Shown: positions 60,020-64,000 of the stretch, one piece after another
Layout of the letters: each line of letters begins with the position of its first letter
Numbering within the stretch: position 1 is the stretch's first letter
Assembly: GCA_930990645.1 (NCBI GenBank)
Contig: CAKNQJ010000001.1
Coordinates: 104,153-168,152 of the forward strand
DNA from: an uncultured Clostridium sp.
GTDB taxonomy: Bacteria > Bacillota > Clostridia > TANB77 > CAG-508
Length of the DNA stretch: 64,000 nt
Reading direction: 5' to 3'
Made by a program: the position numbers and the translations under genes
Notes under the pieces: generated by a model
The model's database searches: none
Told to the model about the DNA's origin: nothing
Seen by the model: the letters and a program-made list of their open reading frames with translations, nothing else

Positions 60020-61763
60020 AATTTTCTATTCTAATATGCACATCTCTTAATTGCTCTCTTGTTACTTCTCCTGGTGCTCCCATTAGCAAGTCTTCTGCTT
60101 TACTGTTCATAGGGAATGCTATAACATCACGGATTGTATCGCTATTTGTTAGAAGCATTAGCATTCTATCTATTCCAGGCGCTATACCTGCATGTGGTGG
60201 AGCTCCAAATTGGAATGCATTGAATAATGCAGAAAATCTTTTTTCTATTTCTTCTTTATCATATCCTGCTATTTTAAATGCTTTTATCATAATCTCTGGG
60301 TCATGATTTCTTACAGCTCCAGATGAAAGTTCAATTCCATTACATACTATATCATATTGATAAGCTACAATATCTAGTGGATTTTGCGCATTCAATGCTT
60401 CTAATCCACCTTGTGGCATTGAAAATGGATTATGGCAGAATGTTAAGTTGTCATGTTCATCTAATTCATACATTGGAAAGTCAACTATCCAGCAGAATTT
60501 GAACATACTTTCATCTATTAAATTCAATCTGTTTGCAAGTTCTGTTCTTATTTGTCCGGCAAGCTCTGTTGCTCTTTTTTCGTTATCTGCTATAAAGAAT
60601 ATTGTGTCTCCTTTTTCCAAATCTGCTAGTTTAAGTAATTCTGGTTTTAATTCAGCTGGAATGAATTTGTCAATAGGTCCTTTGTAAGACATATCTTCTT
60701 GTACTTCTAAGTAACCAAGTCCACCCATTCCAATAGACATTGCAAAAGAAAGCATTTTTTCATGGAATCCTTTTGACATATGTCCTTTTACTTTTATAGC
60801 TCTAACAGTTCTATCTATAAATGGTTTAAATGTACATTTTTTAAAGAAATCAGATAAATCAATAATTATTAAAGGATTTCTTAAATCTGGTTTGTCAGTT
60901 CCATACTTAACCATTGATTCTTTATATGGAATTCTTGGGAATGGATATTCAGCTACTTTTTTATCTGAGAATTGTGTAAATGTGTTATAAATTACTGGCT
61001 CGATTGCTGCAAAAACATCCTCTTGAGAAGCATATGCCATTTCCATATCTAACTGATAAAACTCTCCAGGAGCACGGTCTGCTCTTGCATCTTCATCTCT
61101 AAAGCATGGTGCTATTTGGAAATATTTATCTATTCCAGATACCATAAGTAGTTGTTTGAATTGTTGAGGAGCTTGTGGTAATGCATAAAACTTACCTGGA
61201 TGTAATCTACTTGGTACTAAATAATCTCTTGCACCTTCTGGTGATGAACTAGTAAGTACTGGAGTTTGTACCTCTAAAAATCCTTGTTCTATCATTTGAC
61301 TTCTTAAAAATTGAAGTACTTTAGCTCTTAATATTAAATTTTGTTGTAGTTTAGTAGAACGTAGATCCAAAAATCTATATTTCAATCTTAAATCTTCACG
61401 TACATCTTGGTCTTTATTTACTTCAAAAGGAAGCATTTTTGTTCTTTTACCAAGAACATTAACATTTTTTATTACAATTTCAACTTCACCAGTTGCAATA
61501 TTTGGGTTGTATGTTTCTGGGTCTCTTTTTCTTACAGTTCCTTCTATACATACACTAGACTCAATAGGAATTCTTGAAGAAAAATCAACTATATCTTCCT
61601 TTCCAGATGTAACAACTTGTGTTATTCCGTACATATCTCTAATATCTAGAAATACAAGACCCCCCAAGTCTCTAATTGTCTCTACAAAACCACATATCTT
61701 TACTTCTTTTCCAACATCATTTAAACTTAATTCTCCACATGTGTGAGTTCTAAAACTTGTCAT
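60018..61763 (-). CDS. aspS: Aspartyl-tRNA synthetase
   Basis: Class II motifs and anticodon-binding OB fold; start at MTSFRTHTCGEL with RBS GGAGGT. Confidence 0.9.
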   Translation of the reverse strand: MTSFRTHTCGELSLNDVGKEVKICGFVETIRDLGGLVFLDIRDMYGITQVVTSGKEDIVDFSSRIPIESSVCIEGTVRKRDPETYNPNIATGEVEIVIKNVNVLGKRTKMLPFEVNKDQDVREDLRLKYRFLDLRSTKLQQNLILRAKVLQFLRSQMIEQGFLEVQTPVLTSSSPEGARDYLVPSRLHPGKFYALPQAPQQFKQLLMVSGIDKYFQIAPCFRDEDARADRAPGEFYQLDMEMAYASQEDVFAAIEPVIYNTFTQFSDKKVAEYPFPRIPYKESMVKYGTDKPDLRNPLIIIDLSDFFKKCTFKPFIDRTVRAIKVKGHMSKGFHEKMLSFAMSIGMGGLGYLEVQEDMSYKGPIDKFIPAELKPELLKLADLEKGDTIFFIADNEKRATELAGQIRTELANRLNLIDESMFKFCWIVDFPMYELDEHDNLTFCHNPFSMPQGGLEALNAQNPLDIVAYQYDIVCNGIELSSGAVRNHDPEIMIKAFKIAGYDKEEIEKRFSALFNAFQFGAPPHAGIAPGIDRMLMLLTNSDTIRDVIAFPMNSKAEDLLMGAPGEVTREQLRDVHIRIEN

Positions 61764-61953
61764 TATTTTGACCTCCATTTGAGTGAGTTTGTTCATAGCA
61801 AAAAAATATTAAATAACCTCTACTGAATTAACTAAAATTGATAGAGGTTAAAATATAATTTTAATCCAGTCTATATTTTACAACAGTATAAGCCGTAAAG
61901 TCAAGAGTTATACGGAAAAAGTGACGACTTTGTAAAAAATCTTCCAAATTCTC

Positions 61954-61982
61954 TTGCGTAAACTTCGAAACTATGCTAAAAT
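61954..61982 (+). promoter_or_regulatory. Candidate promoter TTGCGT-17 bp-TAAAAT for rpsF-ssb-rpsR
   Basis: Hexamers read directly; weaker match than the others. Confidence 0.35.
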
Positions 61983-62066
61983 AATACTGTTAGAAAATAG
62001 CAATGCTATTTTTTCCTTACTTATGACTAGTTCATAGGTTATATATCCAAGAGGAGGTGAACGGTA

Positions 62067-62345
62067 ATGAACAAATACGAAAGTGTTGTCATTATTAATC
62101 CTAATGTCGAAGAAACAGCTTTAAAAGCATTAATCGAGAGATTTGAGACATTAATTAATACTGACGGAAAAGTAGAAAAAGTTAATGAATTAGGTAAAAA
62201 GAAATTAGCTTATGAAGTTAAGAAAAACAAAGAAGGATACTATGTTGTATATGATTTCGAAGCTAACCCAAATCTAATTGCAGAACTTGAAAGAAATTAC
62301 AGAATAACAGATGACGTAATTAAATTTATAGTAGTTAAAAAATAG
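62067..62345 (+). CDS. rpsF: 30S ribosomal protein S6
   Basis: MNKYESVVIINPNV typical S6 N-terminus; RBS GGAGGTG. Confidence 0.9.
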   Translation: MNKYESVVIINPNVEETALKALIERFETLINTDGKVEKVNELGKKKLAYEVKKNKEGYYVVYDFEANPNLIAELERNYRITDDVIKFIVVKK

Positions 62346-62407
62346 TAATAATTGCTATAACCCAACTAAAAGGGGCCTTTATAAAAGAAAGGTAAAAGGT
62401 GAAAAAT

Positions 62408-62839
62408 ATGAACAAAGTAATTTTAATGGGTAGACTAACAAGAGACCCAGAAGTAAGATACACACAAACAAATAATACATTAGTTGCTACATTTACTTTA
62501 GCAGTTAATAGAAGATTTGTAAGACAAGGAGAAGAAAGACAAGCTGATTTTATAAACGTAGTAGCTTGGGGAAAATTAGGAGAATTCTGTAGTAAATACT
62601 ATAAAAAAGGTCAACAAGTAGCTATAACAGGAAGAATTCAAACAAGAACTTGGGATGATGACCAAGGACAAAAGCATTATGTTACAGAAGTTGTAGCAGA
62701 GGAAGCATATTTTGCAGATAGCAAAAGAGATGGAGAAAGCACTTCATCAAACTTTGATGCAACATTTGGAGCAATGCCAACAGCTGGAGGAGCAAATTCA
62801 GATTTTGAAATTTCTTCTGGAGATGATTTACCATTCTAG
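62408..62839 (+). CDS. ssb: Single-stranded DNA-binding protein
   Basis: OB fold and the C-terminal acidic tail DDLPF. Confidence 0.9.
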   Translation: MNKVILMGRLTRDPEVRYTQTNNTLVATFTLAVNRRFVRQGEERQADFINVVAWGKLGEFCSKYYKKGQQVAITGRIQTRTWDDDQGQKHYVTEVVAEEAYFADSKRDGESTSSNFDATFGAMPTAGGANSDFEISSGDDLPF

Positions 62840-62894
62840 GTAAGCTATAGCAAAATGACCTTACAAATTATGAAAGGTAAGGAGTGAAATTAAA

Positions 62895-63179
62895 ATGGCT
62901 GATAACAAAAAGAATAAAAGAAATAATAGAAACAACAATGCTGATAATGATTACAATCCAAAATTTAGAAAAATGAGAAAGAAAGTATGTCCTTTATGTG
63001 CAGATAAGGATTTAGTATTAGATTACAAAAATGCTGACCAAATAAGAAAATTTGTTAATGATAAAGGAAAAATACTTCCAAGAAGAGCAACAGGAGCATG
63101 TGCAAAACATCAAAGAGATATAACATTAGCAGTAAAAAGAGCAAGACAAATAGCAGTATTACCATATACAGCTGAATAA
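62895..63179 (+). CDS. rpsR: 30S ribosomal protein S18 (Asn/Lys-rich N-terminal extension)
   Basis: KKVCPLC and [15 protein letters not shown] conserved core. Confidence 0.85.
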   Translation: MADNKKNKRNNRNNNADNDYNPKFRKMRKKVCPLCADKDLVLDYKNADQIRKFVNDKGKILPRRATGACAKHQRDITLAVKRARQIAVLPYTAE

Positions 63180-63184
63180 AATGA

Positions 63185-63290
63185 AACCAAAGGGGACACA
63201 CCTAATAATGTTTTTATGACATTTAAATTAAGGTGTGTCCCTTTTGTTGGAAAAATGAAACAAATGCTCCGTCCCCTTTGTTTCATTTTG
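63185..63290. repeat. GGGGACACACCT / AGGTGTGTCCC inverted pair plus a GCTCCGTCCCC box
   Basis: Read directly downstream of rpsR. Confidence 0.8.
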
Positions 63291-63355
63291 CTGTTTAAAA
63301 TTCACCCAAAAAGCTAATAATATATACAATAATATAAAAGGAGAATTATTGTTGT

Positions 63356-64000
63356 ATGAAGATAGGATTAGCTTTGTCTGGTGGAGGAATTAGAGGAATT
63401 GCTCATGCAGGAGTTATAAAGGCATTAGAGGAAAATGATATAAAAATAGATATAATTGGTGGAACGAGTGCTGGTAGTATGGTGGCTAGCTTATATGCTG
63501 TTGGGTATAAGCCAGATGAGATATATAATTTGTTTAAATCAAATTACAATAAGATAATTGGAGAAAGTAGGTTTCATATATTTAATGGCATTAGAAATTT
63601 GATTGATAAAAAAACTGTGTTAAGAGGATTTAGAAAAGGAGAGAGTATTGAAGAAGTATTTGATATGCTTGCGCAAAATAAGAATATAAATAAAATAAGT
63701 AATGTAAAAATGCCTATTGTAATTCCAACTGTTGATATTTTGAGTGAAAGAGAATATGTATTCACTAATCAAATACCAGAAGACAATGCAGAGGGAAAGT
63801 ATATAACAGATATAAATATTGGAAAAGCTGTAAGAGCTAGTAGTAGTTTCCCAGCAGTTTTTAATTTGTGTACAATGCAAGAACATGTTTTTATGGATGG
63901 AGGAGCTTTAGATAATGTGCCAGTTGAAGAAGTGCGAAAACAAGGGGCAGATAAGGTACTAGCAGTTAAATTTGATGGAGACCAACTTGAAAAAGATAGC
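63356..64000 (+). CDS. Patatin-like phospholipase, 3-prime partial
   Basis: GGGIRG and GTSAGS patatin motifs. The frame is open to the window end, so it is absent from the ORF track. Confidence 0.75.
   Translation, partial: MKIGLALSGGGIRGIAHAGVIKALEENDIKIDIIGGTSAGSMVASLYAVGYKPDEIYNLFKSNYNKIIGESRFHIFNGIRNLIDKKTVLRGFRKGESIEEVFDMLAQNKNINKISNVKMPIVIPTVDILSEREYVFTNQIPEDNAEGKYITDINIGKAVRASSSFPAVFNLCTMQEHVFMDGGALDNVPVEEVRKQGADKVLAVKFDGDQLEKDS

Noticed and set aside
62895-62960. Asn/Lys-rich N-terminal extension of ribosomal protein S18
   Set aside because: The first ATG has a strong RBS and the internal Met has none. Low-complexity N-terminal tails are common in AT-rich genomes, so this is not considered significant.
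1-64000. tRNA, rRNA, transposase/IS elements and CRISPR-cas
   Set aside because: I scanned for T-arm GTTCGAATCC-like motifs, rRNA-like GC-rich blocks, DDE/serine recombinase ORFs and spaced direct repeats. None was found.

Overview
This window is an AT-rich, low-GC stretch of a Firmicutes/Clostridia-like chromosome, read from the sequence alone. Most of it is ordinary housekeeping genes. Called genes: a four-subunit 2-oxoacid:ferredoxin oxidoreductase operon (gamma-delta-alpha-beta), lgt, a clostridial 2x[4Fe-4S] ferredoxin (57 aa, below the ORF-track cutoff), ricT/yaaT, holB, signal peptidase I, minD-minE-rodA, dusB, a mazF/endoA-type toxin, an HD-GYP protein, mtaD, smc, a SWIM/SNF2 helicase, a Ca2+ P-type ATPase, an M23 peptidase, plsX-acpP-rnc-radical SAM-yitT, an Ogg-like glycosylase, addB, pgeF, LD-carboxypeptidase, family-4 UDG, NUDIX, a GltD-like oxidoreductase, leuS, adhE, aspS, rpsF-ssb-rpsR and a 3-prime-partial patatin-like gene. 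The unusual content is mostly non-coding. (1) A dense dispersed family of short GC-rich inverted-repeat boxes (core GGGACA/TGTCCC; variants GGGACACTCC, GGGACAGGTC, GGGACGGAGC) sits in at least 13 intergenic clusters, usually right at stop codons and in the 5-prime UTR of the next gene. Some copies are arrayed in tandem and some overlap coding 3-prime ends. (2) Three copies of a 79-149 bp MITE-like palindromic element carry a CCACGTGGAAC terminus. (3) A TTGGGG-loop-CCCCAATTG palindrome family includes two near-identical 45-bp copies with inverted loops that bracket a 4-kb segment (a Cys-rich small protein plus the SNF2 helicase). (4) A 0.8-kb ORF-free, strongly C-depleted region lies upstream of mtaD. 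Gene-level oddities: MinE carries a roughly 170-aa acidic C-terminal extension with 13-aa repeats. rodA is frameshifted by one base. The mazF toxin gene has no adjacent antitoxin. addB has no adjacent addA. Two paralogous modules pair a divergent XRE regulator with a pilin-like gene; one copy is truncated and the other is split by a frame change. A membrane-protein gene is reduced to N- and C-terminal fragments. Two genes sit in higher-GC islands. No tRNA, rRNA, CRISPR array or transposase was found.
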